A stretch of DNA of 63,830 nt, filler included, from an uncultured bacterium (GTDB lineage: Bacteria; CAYJRR01): NCBI GenBank assembly GCA_964372275.1. It is 5 parts of 5 records of this genome, joined end to end, with 100 filler letters (N's around TTAATTAATTAA, not from the genome) between each part and the next. Parts side by side here need not be neighbours in the genome. Positions count along the whole stretch, not along the records: positions 1 to 14,077 come from CAYJRR010000119.1; 4 more parts are not named here. One strand, written 5' to 3'. A program made the translations under genes and the position numbers. The notes beneath the pieces were generated by a model. The model had not been told where the DNA came from, ran no database searches, and saw only the letters and a list, made by a program, of their open reading frames with translations. This document shows positions 1-8,635 of the stretch, piece by piece. The number at the start of each line of letters is the position of its first letter. The stretch's first letter is position 1.

Positions 1-2
1 GC

Positions 3-893
3 GGTCTGGTGGTCGGTTCCGGCGCTGTTGAACTGCCATCCGCCGCGGCCGCCGCCGCCGCCGGTCCCGCCGCCCCCGCCCCCGCCGTTCAGTCCGTTTC
101 CACCGCCTCCGCCGTTCGCGATGTTTCCCCGGCCGTAGAGGGCGACCGAATCCCGATCGACCCCCTCGCCTTTGAAACCGCCCCGCGGTGGCAAGGTGTT
201 CTCCTCGTGTACGTCCTGGGTCACGTCGGCGGTGTCCCGTCCCGCGCCGCCCCGGAAGCCTTTGGCCGAGGCCTCGATCTCGCCGCCCGACTCGACGACG
301 ACGACACCGCTCGAGAAGAACGCCACCACCCCGCCGAAGGTCCCGTTCCACGCCGGCGCGAAGAGCGACCCGCCCGACGTCACGGTGACGCTGGCGAACT
401 GCGGAAGGTGGCAGGCCTGCGCCCGGGCAAGCGCGCCCGATCCGTAGTGCCGTTCGAGGCCCGCGAGATCCAGCCATCCGTCTCCGCTCGTGGAGACGCG
501 CGCGATCTCCCACCGTCCGAGGTCGACGCCGTTCCCGGCGAACGAAACCCCACCCGTGGTATCGCCCGAGGTCGCGAAGCTGGCGTTCTGCGTTTCCCAC
601 AGGAGCAGCCGATCGCCGCGTTGCAACGAGAGCGGAGGCGACAGGACGACGCGGGCGCCGTTCGTCTCCTCGACCCGGGCACAGCTGTTGATGGAAACGT
701 TGGAGGTGACGACCAGCGAACCGTCACGGCCGTCGCCGAACGGCTCGAAACGGACGGCGTCGAAGGCGTCGGAGGGGAGCTCGATCGACGGCGAAGGCCG
801 TGGCGGCTCGCCGTCGTCCAGGCCCTCCCGGCCGCAGGCGGCGATGGCGACACCGATTCCGAGCATGGTCAAGCAGACGAGCGGAAGGCGCAT
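3..893 (-). CDS. Glycine-rich AgmC-like lipoprotein, N-terminal part (runs off window start; not in ORF track)
   Basis: Manual translation from ATG 893: MRLPLVCLTMLGIGVAIAAC (lipobox) GREGL...FGDGRDG...GDRLLLW...GRWEI...RAQAC.LPQF...AWNGTFGGVVAFF...GFRGG...KGEG...YGRGNIANGGGGGNG. Clear paralog of 972-2336. Confidence 0.85.
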   Translation of the reverse strand, partial: MRLPLVCLTMLGIGVAIAACGREGLDDGEPPRPSPSIELPSDAFDAVRFEPFGDGRDGSLVVTSNVSINSCARVEETNGARVVLSPPLSLQRGDRLLLWETQNASFATSGDTTGGVSFAGNGVDLGRWEIARVSTSGDGWLDLAGLERHYGSGALARAQACHLPQFASVTVTSGGSLFAPAWNGTFGGVVAFFSSGVVVVESGGEIEASAKGFRGGAGRDTADVTQDVHEENTLPPRGGFKGEGVDRDSVALYGRGNIANGGGGGNGLNGGGGGGGTGGGGGRGGWQFNSAGTDHQT

Positions 894-971
894 CCATTCG
901 ACAGAATACACCCCGCGTCGGCGCCGACCGTGTGCTCAACAGGAGGGGGTCCCCGCTCCCGGCGGCGGCGC

Positions 972-2336
972 TCACGGCAACTCGGCCAGCGCCTCCACCG
1001 TTCCGGCGGATCCCGCCGTGGCGTACCACGACGGGTAGGCTCCATCGGTCAAACCGTTCAGGCCGCCGTCCACGTCGAAGACGACCCCCCGGAACGCATC
1101 CCCCGCCGCCAGGATTCGACCCCCTCCTCCGCCACCACCCGGACCCTGGGCGTTCCCGGAGCACGCGGAGCTGCCGCCCTTCCCGCCGATCGCCTGCACG
1201 ACCCCCTGGAACTCCGACGAGCCGACGAAGATCCCGATCGTTCCGCCGCCGCCGCCCCCGCCGGCACCGTCGCACGACGCCTGGTTCACGCTGTTTCCGT
1301 TCGAGTGGAAGAGGCCGGTCCCCTTCAGCGTCCCAGCGAAGACGAGGATCACGCCACCACCCATGCCGCCGGTGGTGCCGAAGCTGCCGTTCGTGATGTT
1401 TTCGTGTCCGGCGCCGCCTCCGCCGCCGAAGGTGAGGCGCTCGAGCACCGACGCGTCGATCCGGCGGCCCGGGCGGCCGGCCGTCGCCGGATTGACCCCG
1501 AACCCGGCCCACTGTGCGCCCCCACGGCCTCCGCCGCCGCCGTTTCCGCCGCCGCCGCCGCCGGCGTTGTGACCGTTCCCGCCCCCGCCGGCGTTGGCCA
1601 CGTTTCCCCGCCCGTACGTCCCGAAGGACGTCCCGTCGATCCCTTCACCCTTCCCGCCGGCGAGTCCCGCGACGCCGACGGTTTCGTCGATGATGTTCGC
1701 CTCGCTCCCGCCGTTCGTCAGGAGACCGGCGCGAAAACCGCCGTCCGACGCACGCAGGTGGCCCTCCACCGTCAGCGTTCCGAAGACGAAGAAGCCGAGC
1801 ACGCCCCCCGAACCTCCGTCCCATCCCCGCGCTCTCACTCGCCCGGCCGGCGTGACGGTGACGTTCCGGTACTGCTTGAGCCGGCAGGCCTGCGCCCGGC
1901 CCGTCCCGCGTGTGGCGTATCCGTGTATCGGCGGGGGATCGACGAGGACCGCCGTCGTTCCCGAGCCGGCCACCACGACGATCTCCCAGAGGCCGGCCGA
2001 CCCGAGGACGAGGGTGCCGGCCGTCGTCGTTCCGACGGTGGAGACGTTCTCGCCCTGGACCTGCCAGAGCAGGAGCCGGTCCCCCGGGAGGAGCGGTTCG
2101 GTGCCGGCGATCGAGATCGTCGCGCCGGTCGCGACCTGGAGCACGACGCAGGGATCCTCTTCGACCAGTTCGGTGATCGTCCGCGAGCCATCGCGTCCAT
2201 CGCCGAACGGGAACCGGAGGAGCTCGCGCGGAAGGGGGCCGCCGACGAAGGCCGGAGAGGCCTCGCGCAAGCCCTCGCGACCGCACGCCAGAACGGCGAC
2301 GGTTCCGGCGATCAACAGGATCGGCTGCCGGCGCAT
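972..2336 (-). CDS. Glycine-rich AgmC-like lipoprotein
   Basis: Lipobox VLAC; motifs FGDGRDG, GDRLLLWQ, GLWEI, RAQAC, WDGGSGGV, KGEG, GRGNVANAGGGG, FGGGGGAG; repeated poly-Gly tracts. Recalled similarity to the N-terminal region of Myxococcus AgmC. Confidence 0.8.
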   Translation of the reverse strand: MRRQPILLIAGTVAVLACGREGLREASPAFVGGPLPRELLRFPFGDGRDGSRTITELVEEDPCVVLQVATGATISIAGTEPLLPGDRLLLWQVQGENVSTVGTTTAGTLVLGSAGLWEIVVVAGSGTTAVLVDPPPIHGYATRGTGRAQACRLKQYRNVTVTPAGRVRARGWDGGSGGVLGFFVFGTLTVEGHLRASDGGFRAGLLTNGGSEANIIDETVGVAGLAGGKGEGIDGTSFGTYGRGNVANAGGGGNGHNAGGGGGGNGGGGGRGGAQWAGFGVNPATAGRPGRRIDASVLERLTFGGGGGAGHENITNGSFGTTGGMGGGVILVFAGTLKGTGLFHSNGNSVNQASCDGAGGGGGGGTIGIFVGSSEFQGVVQAIGGKGGSSACSGNAQGPGGGGGGGRILAAGDAFRGVVFDVDGGLNGLTDGAYPSWYATAGSAGTVEALAELP

Positions 2337-2340
2337 CCGG

Positions 2341-2946
2341 TCAAGGATACGCCTTCGCCGGAACCGTCGCCGCGGCGGCGGTCACCATCGCGCGCCATCG
2401 CAGGTCGATCGCGACGGCGGTCGAGACGAAGACCGCGAGCCAGACCGGATCGGGCAGCGGCAACAGGTTCGAGGCGACGAAGGCGATTGCCACCAGGCCG
2501 AGGAACAGCGCGCATCCGTGCCCGCCGACCCAGGCGGCGAGGCGGCGGGCGAACGGCGGGCCCGCGAGGCGCAGCACGTGGGCGCGCGCGAGATCCCGGG
2601 CCTCGGGGTCGGCGGAGAGCAGCTCGGGGAGGAGACGCCGGGTCCGGGAGCTCCCCCGACGCGCGCGGACCGCGAGGACCGCCAGCGCCGCGCCGTAGGC
2701 GATGAACAGGGCGAGGTCGAGCGGCCGCTGCGCGGCCGAGCGGTCGGCCTTCCCGCCGGCGACGAAACCCGCGATGGCCAGCTCCAGTCCGGCGAGGAAG
2801 ACGGGGGCGATCCACGCGATCGCCGTCAGCTCCCGGGCGCCGTGTTCGAGGCGGGCGACCGCCAGCTGAATCGCCGCGATCGAGCTTTCCGGGAGCGGAT
2901 CGTGATCCGCCGAGGAGGCGCCGTTCCGTCCGTTCCCGGCGACCAC
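2341..2946 (-). CDS. Hypothetical membrane protein (about 4 TM segments)
   Basis: Hydrophobic segments; fills the gap between co-oriented genes; start uncertain. Confidence 0.6.
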   Translation of the reverse strand: MVAGNGRNGASSADHDPLPESSIAAIQLAVARLEHGARELTAIAWIAPVFLAGLELAIAGFVAGGKADRSAAQRPLDLALFIAYGAALAVLAVRARRGSSRTRRLLPELLSADPEARDLARAHVLRLAGPPFARRLAAWVGGHGCALFLGLVAIAFVASNLLPLPDPVWLAVFVSTAVAIDLRWRAMVTAAAATVPAKAYP

Positions 2947-2967
2947 GGGCGACCGTCCGCGCCCGTC

Positions 2968-3180
2968 CTACCCGAGGACGACGAGGACGTCCCCTTCCTG
3001 CACCGTCTGGTCGATCTTCACCGGGATCTCCTTCACCGTCCCGGCCACCTCCGACTCGACCGGCATCTCCATCTTCATCGACTCGAGAATCACGACCACG
3101 TCGCCCGGCGAAATCGACTGTCCCACCGTGCACTCGATCTTGAAGATCTTTCCGACCATCGGGGAGGTGATCTGGCTCAT
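2968..3180 (-). CDS. Stand-alone biotin/lipoyl carrier protein
   Basis: 70 aa; SPMVGK, ILESMKME (biotinyl-Lys motif), V.EGDVL. Confidence 0.9.
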   Translation of the reverse strand: MSQITSPMVGKIFKIECTVGQSISPGDVVVILESMKMEMPVESEVAGTVKEIPVKIDQTVQEGDVLVVLG

Positions 3181-3196
3181 CGCGCGCCGGAGTGTA

Positions 3197-4057
3197 TCAC
3201 TGCGAGACCGGCTTCAAGCCGAGCTGCGCCCGGGCCTCGGCGATGCTCGCCACGTCGCGCCCGGTATCGCGAGCCAGCCGCGCGACGCGCTCGACGAGGT
3301 CGCCGTTCGAGCGGGCCATCGTCCCCTCGGGAAGGTAGAAGTTGTCCTCGAAACCGACCCGCACGTTTCCGCCGATCGACAGCGCCGCCGCGCACAGGCG
3401 CCATTGGTCGCGGCTGATGCCGATCACCTGCCAGTGGCTGTTCGGCGGGAGGTTGTCGGCCATCGTCAGGACGTTGCGGGTGGTGGCCGGGACGCCGCCG
3501 TCGACGCCGAGGATGAAGCTGAAGTCGTACGGCGGCTTCAGGATGCCCATGTCGATGATCGGCATCGCGCTCGCCACGTGCCCGACGTCGAAGCACTCCA
3601 TCTCCGGCCGGACGCCGACCTCGTTCATCGTCCGCAGGTAGTAGAGGATGTCGTCGAACGGATTCTGGAAGACGAAGTTGAAGACGAAGCCCTTCCTCTT
3701 CTCCGAGTACTTGGCGTAGTTCATCGTCCCCATGTTGAGGGCGGCGATGTCCGGCTTGCAGGCGGTGACGCTGGCGATCCGCTGTTCGCGGGTGAAGCCG
3801 ATGGCGCCGGTGGAGAAGTTGATGATCAGGTCGGGGACCTTCTTCACGATCGCGTCGCGGATCGCCCGGTAGTCCTCCACGTCCTGCGATGGAACGCCGT
3901 CGGGCTTGCGCGCGTGGATGTGGACGATCGACGCCCCCGCCTCGGCCGCCCGGCGCGACTCCTCGGCGTACTCCTCCGGGGTGTAGGGGATGCCGGGGCA
4001 CTGCGCCCGGTTGGCGGCGACGCCGGAGAGCGCGCAGGAGACGATCACCTTTTCCAT
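3197..4057 (-). CDS. 3-keto-5-aminohexanoate cleavage enzyme family (BKACE/DUF849)
   Basis: True start MEKVIVSCALSG at 4057, overlapping the upstream stop; PYTPEE, AGASIVHIHAR, INFSTG, RVGFED motifs. Confidence 0.9.
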   Translation of the reverse strand: MEKVIVSCALSGVAANRAQCPGIPYTPEEYAEESRRAAEAGASIVHIHARKPDGVPSQDVEDYRAIRDAIVKKVPDLIINFSTGAIGFTREQRIASVTACKPDIAALNMGTMNYAKYSEKRKGFVFNFVFQNPFDDILYYLRTMNEVGVRPEMECFDVGHVASAMPIIDMGILKPPYDFSFILGVDGGVPATTRNVLTMADNLPPNSHWQVIGISRDQWRLCAAALSIGGNVRVGFEDNFYLPEGTMARSNGDLVERVARLARDTGRDVASIAEARAQLGLKPVSQ

Positions 4058-4848
4058 CAGCGGTTCCTCCAGGACGGTGCGCGCTTCTGCACGAAAGCGG
4101 CGACCCCTTCGGCGGCGTCCTCGGTGAGGGTGTTCACCGTCAGCATCGATTGCAGGTATTCGAGCGCCTGGTCGAAGCTCATCTCCGACATGGCGTAGTA
4201 GGCGCGGCGTCCGAGCTTCAGGATCGCAGCGCTCTTCCCCGCCAGGCCCTTGGCGAGCGCGTCGACGGTGGTGTTGAGCTCGGCGCGCGGCACGACGCGA
4301 TTGGCCCAACCGAGCTCGACCACCTCGCGTCCGCGGATTTTTTCGCCGGTGAGCAGGAGCTCCAGCATCCGCTTGCGGTGGGAGGTGTTGCGGACGATCG
4401 TCGCCATGATCACGTATGGGAACAGGCCCACGTTGATCTCGGGGGTCCCGAAGTCGGCATCGTCGACCGCCACCAGCAGATCGCAAGCCAACGCCACGCC
4501 GAGCCCGCCGGCCAGCACGTGTCCGTTCGCCGCGCAGACGATCGGCTTGCCGAGCGCGCGCATCGTCCGGAACAGCTCCAGGAACGGCCGCCCCGCTTCG
4601 TGCCGGTCGAACACCCCGGAGGCCCCGATCATCCCGCCGCCGCCCAGGTCGGCCCCGGCGCAGAACGCCTTGTCTCCGGCCCCGGTCAAGACGATCGCCC
4701 CGACTCCGGGATCGCCGTCTGCCGCCCGGAACGCGGCGACGAGCTCCGCGATGACGGTCGGGTTGAGACTGTTCCGCTTGTCCGGCCGGTTGATCGTCAC
4801 CCGCGCGACCCGGTCGGCGACGTCGTAGAGGATCGTCTCGTAGGCCAT
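4057..4848 (-). CDS. Enoyl-CoA hydratase/isomerase (crotonase) family protein
   Basis: INRPDKRN, AFCAGADL, AGGLGVALACD, FGTPEINVGLFP, DAAEGVAAF..KR.P.W. Confidence 0.93.
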   Translation of the reverse strand: MAYETILYDVADRVARVTINRPDKRNSLNPTVIAELVAAFRAADGDPGVGAIVLTGAGDKAFCAGADLGGGGMIGASGVFDRHEAGRPFLELFRTMRALGKPIVCAANGHVLAGGLGVALACDLLVAVDDADFGTPEINVGLFPYVIMATIVRNTSHRKRMLELLLTGEKIRGREVVELGWANRVVPRAELNTTVDALAKGLAGKSAAILKLGRRAYYAMSEMSFDQALEYLQSMLTVNTLTEDAAEGVAAFVQKRAPSWRNR

Positions 4849-4952
4849 GGGGCGGGGATGCTAGCCGCCGCCCGCCCGCTGGGGAAGGGCCTTTGACGTG
4901 GCCGTCAAGGGTGGTCATCGCCATTGACCTCGACCCGTCGGCCGCGCGGGCG

Positions 4953-5291
4953 TCACGGCATCCGGGAAGCCCGCGAGATCGAAATCGGCGGTCTCTCTGG
5001 ATCGCCCGTGGTCGAAATGGTCAGCGTTGACCCATCGGTTACGCTCCACCGGAGCACGTGCAGCCCCGAACCGACGTCCTGTTCCGCGGGGCCTAGTCGC
5101 GCCAGGATCTCGCGCAGCTGCTCGTCCGGCCGGACGGCATCTGCAAGTTCCGGCGAAACAGGCGCCCCGCCGGGCCGCACCAATACGGGTCGCTCGACCA
5201 TCACCCGCTCCCTCCGGCACCCCTCCGATGCGAGCGCCGCGAGGGCGAGAGCCGTGACCAACCACGTTCGCCGGCTCTTGGAACATCGCAT
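4953..5291 (-). CDS. Small hypothetical lipoprotein-like protein
   Basis: MRCSKSRRTWLVTALALAALASEGC signal-like N-terminus; LG.AEQDVGSGLHVLRW; TATGAT 9 nt upstream of ATG. Confidence 0.55.
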   Translation of the reverse strand: MRCSKSRRTWLVTALALAALASEGCRRERVMVERPVLVRPGGAPVSPELADAVRPDEQLREILARLGPAEQDVGSGLHVLRWSVTDGSTLTISTTGDPERPPISISRASRMP

Positions 5292-5382
5292 ACAAGACCG
5301 ATCATACGGCCGTCGGACGCGCGCCTCGTCCAGATCATTGTCGACGGGGGGCGTCGTTCGTCGCCCCGGCAGGGTCTCGTAT

Positions 5383-5817
5383 CTAGGGGAAGGGGTTGTC
5401 GAGCGGCAATTCCGGAAAGAGCGAAAAGTCCCGGTCACGGGAAAGCAGCGCCTCGACGCCGTGCGCGAGACACAGCGCGGCGACGCGCGCATCGTGCACC
5501 ACGGGGCCCCGTACGCGGGGTCGCCGCAACAGCCGCTCGAGCACGGCCAGGAACTCGTCCGTCTCCCCCAGAAGTCGCAACGAGGGGGAACCGGTCCATG
5601 CGGCGATCTGCTCCCACGCCTGGTTGGGGGTGCTCTCCGTTCCCTTCCAAATCCGCGCGCTGGTCACCACGCTGAAGAACTCGTAGATACAGGGCCATGG
5701 GATGGCCCAGCCTGCGACCCCCGTGGCGAGCAGGCGAAGACGCTCCGAGGCCACCACGTGCTCCGGCGCCTCGCGGCGGTGGGCATACACCAGCACGTTG
5801 GTGTCGACCGCGAGCAT
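5383..5817 (-). CDS. vapC: VapC PIN-domain ribonuclease toxin
   Basis: AVDTNVLVYA, YEF, HDARVAAL, SRDRDF acidic PIN residues; directly downstream of an antitoxin. Confidence 0.92.
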   Translation of the reverse strand: MLAVDTNVLVYAHRREAPEHVVASERLRLLATGVAGWAIPWPCIYEFFSVVTSARIWKGTESTPNQAWEQIAAWTGSPSLRLLGETDEFLAVLERLLRRPRVRGPVVHDARVAALCLAHGVEALLSRDRDFSLFPELPLDNPFP

Positions 5818-5823
5818 GCGTGC

Positions 5824-6063
5824 CTACCGGCCGCCGTAGATCTCGGACCGAAGTTCCTGCCAGCTCAAGGCCTCCAGCGGGTTCGGACGTCGCGAGTCCC
5901 CCACGCTTCGGTCTGGAAGCTCGTAGGGGCTAGGCCGGACCGACGCGGCCAGGACGAGGCGGAGCCCTTCTTCGACGACCGACCGCAGCGGCCGTCCCGT
6001 CCTCCGCGCCAGGCGCTTCGCCCGGACAAGCAGATCGTCGGGCAGATCCATGGTGGTTTTCAC
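5824..6063 (-). CDS. vapB: VapB-type ribbon-helix-helix antitoxin
   Basis: MKTTMDLPDDLL..AK..A...G..L..VVEEGLR RHH signature; 79 aa; upstream of the PIN toxin. Confidence 0.88.
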   Translation of the reverse strand: MKTTMDLPDDLLVRAKRLARRTGRPLRSVVEEGLRLVLAASVRPSPYELPDRSVGDSRRPNPLEALSWQELRSEIYGGR

Positions 6064-6066
6064 GGA

Positions 6067-6106
6067 CCCATATTAGCCAGCTCTGTTAATGTGGGCAACC
6101 CATATT
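6067..6106 (-). promoter_or_regulatory. Sigma70-type promoter with overlapping palindromic operator of the vapBC operon
   Basis: Minus strand TTGCCC (6098-6093) N17 TAATAT (6075-6070), 6 nt before the GTG; inverted repeat CCCATATTA/TAATGTGGG plus a third CCCATATT at 6099-6106. Confidence 0.7.
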
Positions 6107-6117
6107 TTCGATTGGGG

Positions 6118-6888
6118 TCAGCGGTCTTGTTCGACGGAGAGGTAGTCGACCCAGAGGGTGGTGGGGGCGCGGGTGCCGTCGGGACGTTGCAGGTTCCAGA
6201 GTTGGAACTCGGGGGTGAGGCCGCCGGTCGGAACGCGGCCTTCGACGGTGGCGGTGGCGCGCTCGACGCCGTCGATGAAGAGGGTGGCGGTGGGGGGCGT
6301 TCCGTCGGCGCCGCGGGTGGTGACGATCCTGAAGACGGCCCACTCGCCCGGGGTGTGACGGAAGTCGGTGAGGAACTGGCCGTAGGCGCCGGTCGCCTCG
6401 TTGTTGACCTCGAACTGCCAGGTCGGCGCGACGGTCGAGGCGTAGATCGCCGCGATCACGTTGTAGGGGTCGTGCAGACCGATGAAGCCGACCGTCGCCT
6501 GGAGGTCGTCGGCCGTGCTGAACATGACCCGCGCTTCGTAGACGACGTTCTTGTCGGCGCTGAACGGGCGGACGTCGTTCATGCCGGTGTGCGGATCCTC
6601 GCCGAAGCGCACCCGCGCCACACCTTCGGCCTCGGTCGTCGAGAGCGACATCGCCCCTCCGATCGGACCACCGCGGGCGACGTCGGCCGCACCGCTTCCG
6701 CCGAGCGAGAGCGCATAACGGGGATCGATCGCCACGCCGAGGAAGTCGTCCATCCACCGCACCCGCGGGAGCGCGAGCGTCTTCGGCGGTTCGGGATCAC
6801 GCGGCGCGTCTCCGGAGAGGTCGGCCGGTTGACATGCCGCGACGAGAGCGAGCAGCGTCGCCGCGAACACGAAACGCGTCGTCCTCAT
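6118..6888 (-). CDS. Hypothetical lipoprotein, probable ConA-like beta-sandwich
   Basis: GAGGAGG SD before ATG 6888; lipobox LVAAC; beta-rich with DDF near the N-terminus and LWVDY..VEQ.R at the C-terminus. Confidence 0.7.
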   Translation of the reverse strand: MRTTRFVFAATLLALVAACQPADLSGDAPRDPEPPKTLALPRVRWMDDFLGVAIDPRYALSLGGSGAADVARGGPIGGAMSLSTTEAEGVARVRFGEDPHTGMNDVRPFSADKNVVYEARVMFSTADDLQATVGFIGLHDPYNVIAAIYASTVAPTWQFEVNNEATGAYGQFLTDFRHTPGEWAVFRIVTTRGADGTPPTATLFIDGVERATATVEGRVPTGGLTPEFQLWNLQRPDGTRAPTTLWVDYLSVEQDR

Positions 6889-7115
6889 GGTGGCCGTCCT
6901 CCTCGGAGCCGGACGTAGCAACAACCGTGCAGGGGGGCGCCGGCGCCGTCACGCCGTCTACTCCTTGAGCGGCCGCGGGGTTTTCGCCGCACACCGCGCG
7001 CGGCGTCGGCTCCTCACCATGGAGAATCCAGGCAAAGCTACGCGGCGGGTGCGCTCCACCGGAGACTCCCCGTCCCGAACCGCGCGCCGTTCGATCCGAT
7101 CGGGAACGGTACCCG

Positions 7116-8627
7116 TTACCGACTCCGACGCGGGTCGGATCCGACCGGGTCCGATCCGATGACTCCGACCATCTCCCGGCCGGCGGCGAGGAGGACCCTC
7201 ACCTGCTCCGGACTTTCCGCCTCGGCGTAGATCCGAAGCACCGGCTCTGTCCCCGACGGCCGCAGGAGCAGCCAGGAGTCTCCTTCCAACGTGAGCTTCA
7301 CCCCATCCCGATCCGAGCGCTCCGCGACCCCCCGGCCCGCCACCGTCGCCGGCGCCAATCGCCGCACCTTCTCGACCGTCTCCGCCGCGTGCGCGGGATC
7401 GAGGTGCAGGTCGACGCGCGCGTAATGCCACTCTCCGACCTCCTCGAAGATCGCCTCCAGCAGTTTGCGAGGTGGAAGATCGGCGTGGGCGCACGCCTCC
7501 AGCAGGAGCAGGGCGGACAGCGATCCGTCGCGGTCCGGGAGGTGGAAGCGGAATCCGAGACCGCCGCTCTCCTCCCCTCCGATCAGCACGCCACCGGCGA
7601 GCATCTTTTCGGCGATGTGCTTGAAGCCGATCGGCGTCTCGATCCGCTCGCACCCGGCGGCCCGTGCCAGCCGGCGGACCATCACGGTCGAGGAGATCGT
7701 CTGCACCACCGTCCCCTTCAGGCCGCGCCCCCGAAGCAAGTGCCGAAGGACACAAGCGAAGACACGGTGGGCGTCGAACGTCTCTCCCTCCTCGTCGACG
7801 GCACCGATCCGGTCGGCATCGCCGTCGAGCGCGAGGCCGATCGCAGGCAGATCGCCCGGTCGGGCCTTCACTGCGCGGCGGAGCTCCGCCAGGTTCTCGT
7901 CGATCGGCTCGGGGTTCACGCCGCCGAAGGTCGGATTCGGATCGCCGCGGATCTCGCGCGCGTCGAGGCCGGCTTCGAGGAGGAGGGGGAGCAGTACGCC
8001 GGCCCCCGCGCCGTGGATCGGATCGACGACCACCTGCAGGCGCGCCTTCCCGATCGCGGGAAGGTCGACCGACTTCCGCAGCACGTCGAGGTAGGGCGAC
8101 CGCAGATCGACCACCTCGACGCGGCCGCGGCGCGTCGCCTCCTCGAACGGCATGCGCGGAAGGCGCTTCGCCGCGTCGGCTCGCCGCTGCACCGCCCGCT
8201 CGATCCGTGCCGTCGTCTCCGGCAACGCGGAGCCGCCGAACGACTCCTTGATCTTGAATCCGTTCCAGCGGCTCGGGTTGTGGCTGGCGGTGATCACCAC
8301 GCCGGCGACCGCACCGCGGTCGCGCACCGCGACCGAGACGGCCGGGGTCGGAACGTCGCCGGCCGCGAGCAGCACGCGAATGCCGGCCCCCGCCATCACC
8401 TCCGCCACCGCGCGCGCGAACTCCGCCGAGAGGAAGCGGCGGTCGAAGCCGACGACCACCGCCGGCTCGGCGCCGCGGCCGGTTCCGCCGTCGGCCGCGA
8501 CGGCGCATCGCGCTTCGATCTCGTCGGCGAGCGCAGCGGCCACCCATCGCACCCGTTCGAAGGTGAACTCCTCGGCGATGACGCCGCGCCATCCGTCGGT
8601 CCCGAAGCGAATCGTCGAACCGGCCAT
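7116..8627 (-). CDS. Phosphoglucomutase/phosphomannomutase family
   Basis: FGTDGWRG, ITASHNP (phospho-Ser), DGDADR metal loop, GGEESG, RPSGTEP. Confidence 0.95.
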   Translation of the reverse strand: MAGSTIRFGTDGWRGVIAEEFTFERVRWVAAALADEIEARCAVAADGGTGRGAEPAVVVGFDRRFLSAEFARAVAEVMAGAGIRVLLAAGDVPTPAVSVAVRDRGAVAGVVITASHNPSRWNGFKIKESFGGSALPETTARIERAVQRRADAAKRLPRMPFEEATRRGRVEVVDLRSPYLDVLRKSVDLPAIGKARLQVVVDPIHGAGAGVLLPLLLEAGLDAREIRGDPNPTFGGVNPEPIDENLAELRRAVKARPGDLPAIGLALDGDADRIGAVDEEGETFDAHRVFACVLRHLLRGRGLKGTVVQTISSTVMVRRLARAAGCERIETPIGFKHIAEKMLAGGVLIGGEESGGLGFRFHLPDRDGSLSALLLLEACAHADLPPRKLLEAIFEEVGEWHYARVDLHLDPAHAAETVEKVRRLAPATVAGRGVAERSDRDGVKLTLEGDSWLLLRPSGTEPVLRIYAEAESPEQVRVLLAAGREMVGVIGSDPVGSDPRRSR

Positions 8628-8635
8628 CGAACCTC

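Noticed and set aside
9-2705. Very long ORF-track frames such as 9-2705(+), 15011-18253(+), 17844-21953(+), 48884-51679(-), 52158-54473(+)
   Set aside because: These are Arg/Pro/Gly-rich shadow or antisense frames of motif-supported genes, expected at high GC.
6917-6932. Sigma54-like CTGCACGGTTGTTGCT upstream of the 6888 lipoprotein
   Set aside because: Lacks the invariant GG at -24.
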